This document shows positions 9,203-18,299 of a DNA stretch of 64,000 nt, one piece after another. Source of the DNA: an uncultured Gammaproteobacteria bacterium (GTDB lineage Bacteria; Patescibacteriota; Microgenomatia; UBA10105; UBA927). The stretch lies in NCBI GenBank assembly GCA_964349125.1, contig CAYGFH010000004.1:42921-106920 (forward strand). The letters are read 5' to 3'. A program made the position numbers and the translations under genes. How positions within the stretch are numbered: position 1 is the stretch's first letter; each line of letters opens with the position of its first letter. The notes under the pieces were generated by a model. It had not been told where the DNA came from. It saw only the letters and a program-made list of their open reading frames with translations, and ran no database searches.

Positions 9203-9829
9203 ATGACAGATCAACAGACAACCAAAAAGGAAGCACAATCAGAAGGATATGTCCATCCAAGTGCACCTCCTGTTTCCGAAAGTACAACTCCACGGGTAGC
9301 CCCATCGAACGCGAAATGGTATGTGGTTCATACATATTCAGGACATGAAAATAAAGTATCAGCAAATTTAAAACAGCGTATAGAGACCATGAAATTGCAA
9401 GATAAAATTTTCGATATCGTCGTGCCAACTCGCAATATCGTAACGGTTAAACATGGTAAAAAAGAAGAGCAAAAAGAAAAAATCTTTCCCGGATATATTC
9501 TGGTAAAGATGCTCCTTGAGGACGATTCCTGGCTGGCAGTCCGAACAACACAAGGCGTGACAGCATTTGTAGGAGTTGGAAACAAACCAACCCCTATCTC
9601 TGAGAGCGAAGTTGCGACGATTTTGAAATTCATGCAACTTGAAGCTCCAAAATACAAAACATCGTTCTCTACAGGCGAAGCAGTTAAGATCGTGGATGGA
9701 CCATTTGCTGATTTCCTTGGTACCATCGATTCTATCGATGAGGAGAAAGGCAAGATCAAAGTTCTCGTATCCATATTCGGAAGAGAAACTCCTGTCGAGT
9801 TAGACTTCTTGCAGGTCTCAAAGCTTTAA
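9203..9829 (+). CDS. nusG: Transcription termination/antitermination factor NusG
   Basis: NGN domain WYVVHTYSGHENKV...IFPGYILVKM and KOW GEAVKIVDGPFADFLGTIDSID. Conserved position after secE. Confidence 0.9.
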   Translation: MTDQQTTKKEAQSEGYVHPSAPPVSESTTPRVAPSNAKWYVVHTYSGHENKVSANLKQRIETMKLQDKIFDIVVPTRNIVTVKHGKKEEQKEKIFPGYILVKMLLEDDSWLAVRTTQGVTAFVGVGNKPTPISESEVATILKFMQLEAPKYKTSFSTGEAVKIVDGPFADFLGTIDSIDEEKGKIKVLVSIFGRETPVELDFLQVSKL

Positions 9830-10255
9830 ATTGGGATTATTCGCATTGCTATTTCACTGTTTTATTCTCCGTAATCGAGCACTGACGTCGCTTTGCGTTC
9901 GCTTGATGTTGATTTCAAACGTAACCCAGTCGCAGTGAGCAGAACTGCTTGCGACACGATTCATAGGCACCCAATATCTCAGATTGCTCAAATTCTGGAT
10001 CGGATTTCATTTAAACAGCTTTGCTTTTCGCGCAGAGTGTATGACGTGATATTACATCATTTAAAACATATACGATAAGAAACGAGGAAACATCTGCAGC
10101 GGAGTCTAACTCACGCGCGTTCTAGTTATAGAGTTATACGACGCTAGTACGGGCTGAATTCACGGCAACGTAATCGAATATTGGATTCTCTCTATCTTTT
10201 GAAACTATCCTAAAAGGATTTCGCTGGGCAACGAGTAAAACAAGGATACGTGCCA

Positions 10256-11476
10256 TTACAGCGATTTGTAGTATACGTAGGCACCAAATCCGACAGCAAC
10301 CAATATCATAATGAAGAGAAGCACTCCAAACCAATTAACTTTTGCACCGGCGATAACATTGAATGTCTGTGTCACCTGTCCCTGTCCATCATCTTTTTTA
10401 GATACTACAACCACATCTTTTTTGCCAGCGCTCAGCGCCTTATCTGGCCTCCAGGTCCACTTACCTGTGGTATCTGCCGTCACGGTACCGCTGATACCGT
10501 CAGGGAATACCGAGATAGTCACGGTGGCTCCAGGCTCTGTCATACCACTAAATGTCGGACGATCGGATGCGTTTCCATTTGTATCTCCAACGGATGATGC
10601 TGTCAGTACTATCTGTCTTCCTGATCCGATAGGATTAAGTTCATTTATGGTTGGGACAACCGAGAGTGATCCACCAGTCGGAGAATCGTTACAGAGACAG
10701 GATATATTTTCCTTACAATACGCATTTCGGCATGTTTTCCCTAAACCTAATACACCACCACCGGCGCATACTAAACCACCGGGGCATTCACTATCATTTG
10801 AACAGGATTTATTGCAATAATTAAGCACATAAACGGTTGGTGTCGGTGAGGATGTCATAAATACTGTCGGCTTTGGTGTCGCAGTATTGTACGAGACGCG
10901 GGTTGGCGTCGGCGTCTTCGTAGGTGTTTTTGTTGGTGTGCTCGAAGATGTCGGATACGGTGTGTATGTGGGATATGGTGTATATGTTGGCTGCACTGTC
11001 GGCACCGATGTTGGAGTATTTGATACTGCAGTTGTAGGTACAGGGCTGTTCGTAGGATATATACATGATCCCCAATATTCCCCGTTTGCGCATGCTGTCA
11101 TGTTTGTCGTCCACTGAGCTCCAGCAGATGGGCAGCAATATTTCTGACCACCACATAATCCTATTCTCCCTGCAGAATTACATAGTTGGACATCACCATC
11201 TGGCTCTGCTGGGCAATTCGTAACATTCACTATCTGCCAATACCCTCCGGATTGGCATTGATTACAGCTTGCAGAATTACAGGAAGCAGCTTTTTGCCGA
11301 TTATCTGTTGAACGACCAGCAGCCATTAGCAGTACAACAAGGGCAATCAGTAATCCAAATAATCCAATAAGTGCACCCAAATTTGGCCAAAGAACCGCAG
11401 AAGTGGAACGCGAAGAACGTACTCCGCGGGATACTTTTTTCTTTTTCGTTGATATTTTATTACTATACTTTGCCAT
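10256..11476 (-). CDS. Doubly anchored Cys-rich surface protein with PT/YTPYPT linkers and Ig-like domain
   Basis: N-terminal K/R-rich tail plus TM (LGALIGLFGLLIALVVLLMAA). Cys-rich modules, YTPYPTYTPYPT and TPTKTPTKTPTPT linkers. C-terminal TM FGVLLFIMILVAVGFGAYVYY. ATG at 11476 preferred over the GTG at 11491. Confidence 0.6.
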   Translation of the reverse strand: MAKYSNKISTKKKKVSRGVRSSRSTSAVLWPNLGALIGLFGLLIALVVLLMAAGRSTDNRQKAASCNSASCNQCQSGGYWQIVNVTNCPAEPDGDVQLCNSAGRIGLCGGQKYCCPSAGAQWTTNMTACANGEYWGSCIYPTNSPVPTTAVSNTPTSVPTVQPTYTPYPTYTPYPTSSSTPTKTPTKTPTPTRVSYNTATPKPTVFMTSSPTPTVYVLNYCNKSCSNDSECPGGLVCAGGGVLGLGKTCRNAYCKENISCLCNDSPTGGSLSVVPTINELNPIGSGRQIVLTASSVGDTNGNASDRPTFSGMTEPGATVTISVFPDGISGTVTADTTGKWTWRPDKALSAGKKDVVVVSKKDDGQGQVTQTFNVIAGAKVNWFGVLLFIMILVAVGFGAYVYYKSL

Positions 11477-11573
11477 CAATTCCGGTGACACGCTCTATGC
11501 ATCAGCCACCATATCTATAATCACGCAACTGCGTCAGAATTTCAAGTGTGGAAATTAGCCGTGAGAAGCATCT

Positions 11574-11602
11574 CTTGTCACACTCTGTAACTTCTGGTAT
11601 AC
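11574..11602 (+). promoter_or_regulatory. Strong sigma70-like promoter TTGTCA-17-TATACT for the rplK-rplA operon
   Basis: -35 11574-11579 and -10 11597-11602, about 145-nt leader before rplK. Confidence 0.55.
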
Positions 11603-11749
11603 TCACAGGTACTTCGTTCCGATATAGTATGTCGCGGATGAGGAAGAAACCCGATTGAGTGTTTCGAAAAACTGTATACCTTCTTCTCTATAATATAGTA
11701 TAGAAAGATACGTTCCTCTTTTTTTCGATCCCCTCTTTCAGATACTACT

Positions 11750-12178
11750 ATGGCAGCAAAAAAAGTTAAAACAATCATAAAAATCAATCTTAAAGCGGGC
11801 GAAGCAACCGCAGCGCCTCCAGTCGGGCCGGCTCTCGGACAGCATGGACTTCCTATCATGGAGTTCGTGAAAGCCTACAATGAGAGAACAGCAAAACTCA
11901 AAGGTCAGACCATCCCAGCGGTTATTACCGTATTTGAAGACCGGACCTTTACGTTTATCACCAAGCTCCCTCCTGTATCAGCCATGATCATCAAAACCCT
12001 CGGTATTGCCAAGGGTGGCGGCAAAGCAGGACGTGAGTCAGCGGGTAAACTTTCCAAGGATCAGGTTCGACAGATTGCCACAGACAAGTTGCCGGATATG
12101 AACGCAAACGATGTGGAAGCCGCAATTAAAGTAGTAAGTGGAACTGCCCGAAGTATGGGCGTTGAGGTGGAGGCATAA
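11750..12178 (+). CDS. rplK: 50S ribosomal protein L11
   Basis: MAAKKVKTIIKINLKAGEATAAPPVGPALGQHGLPIMEFVKAYN is canonical L11. Confidence 0.95.
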   Translation: MAAKKVKTIIKINLKAGEATAAPPVGPALGQHGLPIMEFVKAYNERTAKLKGQTIPAVITVFEDRTFTFITKLPPVSAMIIKTLGIAKGGGKAGRESAGKLSKDQVRQIATDKLPDMNANDVEAAIKVVSGTARSMGVEVEA

Positions 12179-12179
12179 T

Positions 12180-12989
12180 ATGGGAAAAATTCGTGTCGCT
12201 AAACTAGGTGATGAATCAGCAGAAAAAGAGCAGAAAAGAAAAGCTGAAGCCCGTCGCCAAACAAAAGAGTCAAAAAAAATAAAAACTGACGAGTCAGAGA
12301 CTGAAACTACAGCTGTTGTATCTGAAGTTTCCGAAAAATCTGAACCACAATCAAAAAAGAAAAAGGAAACAAACATCAAGGCAAAAGGCCATTCAAAAAA
12401 ATATATTGAGATGTCCTCTTTGGTTGATAAACAAAAGATTTATAGTATTTCTGAGGCTGTATCACTGGTAAAGCAGACCAGTCTCACAACTTTTGACGGT
12501 ACAGTTGAACTCCATATAAATGTGAACCCACAGACTCTGGGAGATAAGAAAGATCTGCGTGGCAGCGTGACGCTTCCCCACGGTACAGGAAAGCAAATCC
12601 GTGTGGTTATAGCTGATGAAGCGATTATTGCTGAGATAGAGGCCGGGAAAATTAATTTTGATATTCTCGTGGCGCACCCAAGCATGATGCCGAAGCTGGC
12701 AAAGGTAGCCAAAGTGTTGGGTCCGAAAGGACTTATGCCGAATCCTAAAAACGGTACGGTCTCCCCTGACCCTGAAAAACGTGTGAAGGATCTCTCAAAC
12801 GGCCAGGTAAACTTTAAAACAGAACCTGACAACCCAATTGTCCATATGATCGTTGGGAAAGTATCATTTGATGATGCGAAACTTGCTGAAAATGTCAAAG
12901 CAGTATTTGCTGCAATTGGCACAAGTAAGATCATCAGAACAACCATAACAGCAACCATGGGACCAGGTGTCAAAGTTGCAACCTCGTAG
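12180..12989 (+). CDS. rplA: 50S ribosomal protein L1 with ~65-aa Lys/Glu/Ser-rich N-terminal extension
   Basis: Core TLPHGTGKQIRVV...VLGPKGLMPNPKNGTV is canonical L1. ATG 12180 follows the SD ggaggtggagg. The ORF-track GTG start at 12138 overlaps rplK and is rejected. Confidence 0.9.
   Translation: MGKIRVAKLGDESAEKEQKRKAEARRQTKESKKIKTDESETETTAVVSEVSEKSEPQSKKKKETNIKAKGHSKKYIEMSSLVDKQKIYSISEAVSLVKQTSLTTFDGTVELHINVNPQTLGDKKDLRGSVTLPHGTGKQIRVVIADEAIIAEIEAGKINFDILVAHPSMMPKLAKVAKVLGPKGLMPNPKNGTVSPDPEKRVKDLSNGQVNFKTEPDNPIVHMIVGKVSFDDAKLAENVKAVFAAIGTSKIIRTTITATMGPGVKVATS
12935..12988 (+). repeat. Direct repeat copy 1 (intact 3' end of rplA) bounding an inserted element
   Basis: 54 bp, 50/54 identical to 16471-16524. 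Confidence 0.85.
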
Positions 12990-13002
12990 TATTTCGTACC
13001 AT

Positions 13003-13031
13003 TTGCGTTACTTAGTCCTATAGTTTATAAT
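13003..13031 (+). promoter_or_regulatory. Possible promoter TTGCGT-17-TATAAT for leaderless ATPase gene
   Basis: Perfect -10 at 13026-13031, 7 nt before ATG 13039; -35 is weak. Confidence 0.3.
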
Positions 13032-13038
13032 TGCGCGC

Positions 13039-16000
13039 ATGAGTCGCGAAATGATGTCTCCGTTGGCCGGTTCCATTATGATTGATGGGGTCGATCCCTT
13101 TTTACCTCCAGAAAGCATGGAGCACATGCAATTTGATGATGCTATTTTACGTCGCCAAAGAATTATATTTTCATCAGAAATCGTACCGAGTATTCAAATA
13201 TTCTTATCTGGGGGCACAAACGAAGAAAGACAAGACGCTTATGCAAAACTGTCGTTCGCATTATGGGGTATATATAGATTAAAAAATATTCAAACGGAAT
13301 CTGAATATCCGTGGGAACAGTCTTGGCTTGCCTCTCAGGGACAATCAGAATGGACACCGAATCTGATAGAAAAGTCCCCTTCACAATATGAAATGGCACA
13401 TACCTATTTTTCAAACCTACTGATACCAGCAGATGTATTGGACAGTATGGATTTGCTTCACCTTTCCCAAAAAGAACATTCAGGAATACAGGGGGTTAAA
13501 AAAATCATACATGACAGCACATCACAATTTTTAGCAAGTTTACCGACCGACGCAATGATTACATTTGGCATGGAAGCATTGTCAACTACATTCGCCAATT
13601 CCAATGACTCAATCAGAACAATTGTCACGTCAGCCTTATATCCCCTGATAACCCAATACAAAGCGCAACACTCCAGTGTTGTGTATCATTTCGCTAATCA
13701 GATGCGGGTTGCACGCGAATATGTCACCTCGGTACTTAAAAACTTTTTCGACTCACCCCTGCGCCAACAGTTACTGTCAGAGACGATGAATATACATGAT
13801 CTTGATGCCGCTCATGTTGTAAGCAGTGGATTGTCTGCTGCACTTGACGAGCACGCGTTTACTACTGGATTGCTTCAGTTTAAAAGCACGGTACACGGTC
13901 AAAAAAATGGGGGCATTCTCGCATCTGCTGCATTTTTGACTCCTTTCCCCTTTTTCTATACACAGGCTAGTACCCGCATCGGAGAGCTACTTCGCACACG
14001 TATTGCGTCCAGAAACATTCACGAAATCGCGCCGTCACTTACCGAAAAACACGCCAGAGTCCGCGAAGCGGCATATGCATATCTAAACTTACCTGAATCT
14101 GCAGACATTGCAGAAATACAAAAAGCAGAAGCTAAAATAATTGAGGCAGGCAATACACGGAACCTCTCGCTACTTAGAACGAATCAGCAAACATCTAAAG
14201 ATCGCGCCTGGTTTAAAAGCCTACCGTCGAGCATAGCGTTATTATTGTCCGCTACACGAAATGACGAGCTCATCCAATATGTAACCCCTGTCGCACTTAC
14301 AAGCGGCTCTATGCTAACGGCAATAGGTGACAGCACATCAATGCTCGTTATGCGAAGTATAAACCGAGCGGATACCGATGCCGCCTACACGACCGTCCGA
14401 CAAGCACTTACTCATCTCACAAAACGATTTGGAGAGTTACACCTACCACCTCCCGGGACTGATTATGGTCCATTACCCAATCGAATAACTGTGACCATAA
14501 ATCGCACGAAAAACGGTCAGTTGCCAGTGTTTTCTCAATTACAGTTAGATCCGGGTATAACCGTGTTGACAGGAGAAACCGGTAAAGGAAAATCCACCGT
14601 GATGGATATCATTCACGGAATACACGCACTCGGAAACTACGCCACCATAAACGCTGCCGATATGAATGATATTAGAAATTTCTACGCGTATGACCGTTGG
14701 CAACGTCGTGTAAAGACGGTCTCGGTCAACTTCTCTTTCGGCAGCACACTATCGAGTGAAATCACTCGAAAAATAGTAGCTGGAGAACATGATGGTATTC
14801 AACGAACGATCAATGACTTATTAAGTGACGAACATTCTAATCATCAATATTTGTCACATCTGCTTGACTTATTGACTGATCCGTTAAAAAATCATGAACT
14901 TGCAACCGTACTAGAATCCTGGAAGCAGTCATTATCAACAGAAACGCATACAGAACAGACTCAACCGCTCATAGCCGCGCTTAATGCAGTAATTAAGCAA
15001 TATTTTTCTCAATTCTTTGACGCGAATGAACATGATCGTATAGATCAATTCATGACGACAACCTTTTCAACGAACATGGCAGCTTCTACCGGACAACGAG
15101 CACGAATTGGCCTCGCATTATCGCTTATGTCAGATGCCGATATGTATTTATTCGATGAGATTTCAGGAAACCTAGATACCAAAACCACCGTAAAAATTGC
15201 AGATATACTTCTACAATTCATTGCATCACATAAACAATCGAAATTTATACTTTCTATTCATGATCCAATATTTCTTAATAAAATTTGGGCGTTTGGACCA
15301 CAAAGAATATACGACTTTGATACCTCATCTGTTTGGGAAAACTCTACTGATGTTGAAAATTTTGTGGATACAATACAAAGCAGGATACTACAGACGGAGC
15401 AGGCACAGTCATTTACAGCTGAATCTGCACATGAGTTACTACAGGCACTTTCACATCATCTTGACGCATGGGATAAGGAGAGTCTCAATGAATACACCCT
15501 CGAACAATTAATACATACGGTTGATATTGTACGGGTTATGTTATCAAAGACGAATATGCATGTATTACAGCATAATATCAACCCATCCGCTCGATTTGAT
15601 GAGTATTTTGATAGTGTGATTGCCCCGATTCACAAAACGCTATATCGCATCGCGGACACAGTATTTACTAAGCGCATTTGGGAACTGCTCAAGAATAATA
15701 ATACAATGCCCTGGTATACACTCAATCAAATTCACAAGCTCGTATGGCAAATGAATCAAATTGGACTGATCTCAAAAGGCATCATTCCTGAATCAACAAG
15801 AACGGCTCGAGATTATTCTAAAGATGCATTTTTTAATTGGCAGGACTATGTTCGTGGTAAACGAGTCATGGTAAAAGATTTTACAGGACTCGCTAACCAT
15901 AAATACCAGGTAAAATCACTATTTGCAGATACAACATTTGAAAGAAATATTCGACATCTTCGTATAAATCATCTTGCAAAAATATTTTCCGACTTCAGAT

Positions 16001-16407
16001 CTACACCATCATATATCACACAGACTGTTTCTACAAAACTGTTACGAAGTGATTTGCTGTCCGGATTACTTTCAGGTAGCGCAGTATCCAATCAATCGAA
16101 CTACGGAATGGATATATTAGGTCAAAGAGTGTCGAGACTGGTGGCTCACTTACTCATGGAAGTGAAGACCAATCCTGTGTTTGCCGAGGAGACCGAACGC
16201 ATTATACGTAACATTACGACAGAGATCTTGCCGGATTTTTTGAAGCAGCGGGGTGTAAAAATGACCAACGTATCACAATGGATGTCTCATTGGGTGGCTC
16301 AAAACGATCCTCGCGTTCAGTCTATTTTGTTAACGGAACTGCCGAAATATCCGTCTATAGCACATGAATATATTTCTCTGCTTAAAAAATGTGATCAGAT
16401 ACGATAG
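13039..16407 (+). CDS. Large (1122 aa) soluble protein with central ABC-type ATPase domain (RecF/SMC/AAA_21-like) flanked by ~490-aa N- and ~370-aa C-terminal regions of unknown function
   Basis: Walker A ITVLTGETGKGKSTV, signature-like STGQRARIGLALSL, Walker B/D-loop MYLFDEISGNLD and H-loop FILSIHD in the expected order and spacing; no TM segments. Confidence 0.7.
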   Translation: MSREMMSPLAGSIMIDGVDPFLPPESMEHMQFDDAILRRQRIIFSSEIVPSIQIFLSGGTNEERQDAYAKLSFALWGIYRLKNIQTESEYPWEQSWLASQGQSEWTPNLIEKSPSQYEMAHTYFSNLLIPADVLDSMDLLHLSQKEHSGIQGVKKIIHDSTSQFLASLPTDAMITFGMEALSTTFANSNDSIRTIVTSALYPLITQYKAQHSSVVYHFANQMRVAREYVTSVLKNFFDSPLRQQLLSETMNIHDLDAAHVVSSGLSAALDEHAFTTGLLQFKSTVHGQKNGGILASAAFLTPFPFFYTQASTRIGELLRTRIASRNIHEIAPSLTEKHARVREAAYAYLNLPESADIAEIQKAEAKIIEAGNTRNLSLLRTNQQTSKDRAWFKSLPSSIALLLSATRNDELIQYVTPVALTSGSMLTAIGDSTSMLVMRSINRADTDAAYTTVRQALTHLTKRFGELHLPPPGTDYGPLPNRITVTINRTKNGQLPVFSQLQLDPGITVLTGETGKGKSTVMDIIHGIHALGNYATINAADMNDIRNFYAYDRWQRRVKTVSVNFSFGSTLSSEITRKIVAGEHDGIQRTINDLLSDEHSNHQYLSHLLDLLTDPLKNHELATVLESWKQSLSTETHTEQTQPLIAALNAVIKQYFSQFFDANEHDRIDQFMTTTFSTNMAASTGQRARIGLALSLMSDADMYLFDEISGNLDTKTTVKIADILLQFIASHKQSKFILSIHDPIFLNKIWAFGPQRIYDFDTSSVWENSTDVENFVDTIQSRILQTEQAQSFTAESAHELLQALSHHLDAWDKESLNEYTLEQLIHTVDIVRVMLSKTNMHVLQHNINPSARFDEYFDSVIAPIHKTLYRIADTVFTKRIWELLKNNNTMPWYTLNQIHKLVWQMNQIGLISKGIIPESTRTARDYSKDAFFNWQDYVRGKRVMVKDFTGLANHKYQVKSLFADTTFERNIRHLRINHLAKIFSDFRSTPSYITQTVSTKLLRSDLLSGLLSGSAVSNQSNYGMDILGQRVSRLVAHLLMEVKTNPVFAEETERIIRNITTEILPDFLKQRGVKMTNVSQWMSHWVAQNDPRVQSILLTELPKYPSIAHEYISLLKKCDQIR

Positions 16408-16470
16408 TTTAAAATCTTTTGGTCCATCTGTCTGTTTCATTTAAAAAACATAAATGTATCTCCGCCGCTT

Positions 16471-16524
16471 CAAAACAACGATAACAGCAACCATGTGAAC
16501 AGGTGTCAAAGTTGCAACCTCGTA
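16471..16524 (+). repeat. Direct repeat copy 2 (degenerate pseudo-copy of rplA 3' end)
   Basis: 54 bp with 4 mismatches to 12935-12988; contains an in-frame TGA. Confidence 0.85.
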
Positions 16525-16568
16525 ACAGTTGACACTGGATCTGCTACAGTAGTGTATACTCATATCGT

Positions 16569-16787
16569 ATGGATATACCAGACTCATCCACAGAGTATCA
16601 AACACCCGTTCCCGATACTACAGTCTCTGCAGAACCTGTTACGGCTCCGTTCCAACTGAGCGAAGAGGAGAGAAAACGCGCAAAAATGATGATGCAATTG
16701 CAGGGAGCACATCAATTTTTCGCTACCATATCCAAAGGCTTACTCAAAATACTGGAAGATCTCTCATCCCACATCCTCAAGAGATAG
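16569..16787 (+). CDS. Small hypothetical protein (72 aa)
   Basis: ORF only; acidic N-terminus and a predicted helix; no motif. Confidence 0.3.
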   Translation: MDIPDSSTEYQTPVPDTTVSAEPVTAPFQLSEEERKRAKMMMQLQGAHQFFATISKGLLKILEDLSSHILKR

Positions 16788-16864
16788 TATCAGGTATCAT
16801 TGACATTTCTCCTGGCCTCTGAGATTCTATAGTGAGTATTAATATTAATATTTTCAGGCTAGCT

Positions 16865-18298
16865 ATGAAAAAAAATTCTATAACACCAATAACACTTATC
16901 GCTATCATCGTTTTGGCCGGAGGGGCCATGTTCCTACTCAATAGCAAACTAAACACGACATCCACCGAAGTTACCAAATCACAAGCATCTATGGCTGTAC
17001 CTAAGATTACTGAGACGTATAGTGATAATTTTAAGACGGAGGCACTCAATCAGAACAAATGGTCTATCAGTAAATCCTCGGACGTTTCAGCAGCACAAAC
17101 AGCAGGTAACAATCTTCGGATACAAATTCCTGAGGGAAATCAATCCGGTAAGCCAAAGACTGCATCGATCTTATTTAAGGAACACATGAAAGATAATGCC
17201 GATTTCAAAGCGATAGCAGTTCTCTATCGCCCAATTGTTACCGGAGCTGGTGGAGCTATTGAAGGATTGAGGTTTACTTCTAAAGGTGGACTAAACGATG
17301 AAGGCGCTTCAATTCGTTGGGTTGTCAATGGTGCTTCGAGTAAGGTTTCGTTTTCTGTTGCGGCCACGGATGGAACGGTTGTCGAAAGAAAATCCGTTGA
17401 TCTTCCGAGTAATGTGGCTATTTTCAGACTTGAACGAGTAAATAAATCGTATAGGGCATCTTATAAACTGGGAAATGATTTAACTTCTGATACTAACTGG
17501 ATTGTCCTAGGTGAAGAAACAAATGCTGCGCTCGGGGCAGACGGGTATGTGAGCCTTTTTGCTCATAACGGTGCCGTAAATAATCAGTTTCCGAAGGTAG
17601 CTGCACGATTTGATACAGTCAGAATCAGCTGGGAAGGAAAAGCTGCTCAGCCTTCTAACCGTATAAGCTATTCTGACGCATTCAGCAATGGGAGTATTGG
17701 TGGCAAATGGAAAGCATCTGCGACAACTGGAACAGCAATTGTTGAAACAGCAACGGATAATCTGTCGATGAATGTAGCTGCTGGAGCCGTGAATACCAAA
17801 CCACGGTCAGGGTGGGTAAAGAGAACTGAGCCGTTAGTCAAAAACAATACGAATTTCGCATTTACTGCTAAACTTTTTAAGCCCGTTGTAAAGGGAGATG
17901 GGTACGGTGTCTCAGCAGTATCGTTCCAGTCTGCAACCGCTGTTGATGACGAATCTGCTGCGGTGCGTTGGGTCGTCTCAAAAAATGAGAATGTAAGTAA
18001 ACTCGTATTCGTGGTAAAAGCACCGGATAATACGCTCCTTGAACGCGCCAGTATAGATATCAAGAATGCAGACCCCAAACGCCTGACTTTGCGTCTTACA
18101 CGAACTGGAGATAAATATTCAGCTGCCTATAGAGTCGGTGATAGCGATACAGACTTTGTATCAATCGGCAAGGAAGAAAACGGCCAGTTGGGGGCAGATG
18201 GACGCATAGTGCTTTCGACCAACAATACCGGTATAGGAAATAAGTATCCTCAGGTAATCGGCCGATTTGATTCTGTTACAGGGTGGGTTGCGAAATAA
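16865..18298 (+). CDS. Secreted/anchored protein with two tandem ~190-aa homologous beta-rich domains
   Basis: Signal anchor ITLIAIIVLAGGAMFLL. Two internal repeats share IRWVV-G/K-S-V-F-V...TDGTV/DNTLLER...FRL/LRLTR...Y-A-YK/RVG-D...LGADG...FP/YPQV.ARFDTV/GRFDSV. ATG 16865 preferred over GTG 16832. Confidence 0.6.
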   Translation: MKKNSITPITLIAIIVLAGGAMFLLNSKLNTTSTEVTKSQASMAVPKITETYSDNFKTEALNQNKWSISKSSDVSAAQTAGNNLRIQIPEGNQSGKPKTASILFKEHMKDNADFKAIAVLYRPIVTGAGGAIEGLRFTSKGGLNDEGASIRWVVNGASSKVSFSVAATDGTVVERKSVDLPSNVAIFRLERVNKSYRASYKLGNDLTSDTNWIVLGEETNAALGADGYVSLFAHNGAVNNQFPKVAARFDTVRISWEGKAAQPSNRISYSDAFSNGSIGGKWKASATTGTAIVETATDNLSMNVAAGAVNTKPRSGWVKRTEPLVKNNTNFAFTAKLFKPVVKGDGYGVSAVSFQSATAVDDESAAVRWVVSKNENVSKLVFVVKAPDNTLLERASIDIKNADPKRLTLRLTRTGDKYSAAYRVGDSDTDFVSIGKEENGQLGADGRIVLSTNNTGIGNKYPQVIGRFDSVTGWVAK

Positions 18299-18299
18299 A

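Larger units (their letters stand above)
12989..16470 (+). mobile_element. About 3.5 kb insertion at the rplA 3' end bounded by 54-bp direct repeats, carrying a single large ATPase gene; no recombinase gene inside
   Basis: Duplicated rplA terminus. Copy 2 is degenerate (in-frame TGA). The canonical rplA-rplJ adjacency is disrupted. Confidence 0.45.

Noticed and set aside
9935-9962. Stable nested hairpin (gtcgca..agcag aa ctgct..tgcgac) downstream of nusG
   Set aside because: No T-run and 100 nt from the stop, so its function is unclear. It is kept only as a note within the nusG-rplK insertion finding.
12138-12179. ORF-track start of rplA at 12138
   Set aside because: It is a GTG in another frame that overlaps the rplK end. 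ATG 12180 follows a strong SD and gives the canonical L1 frame.
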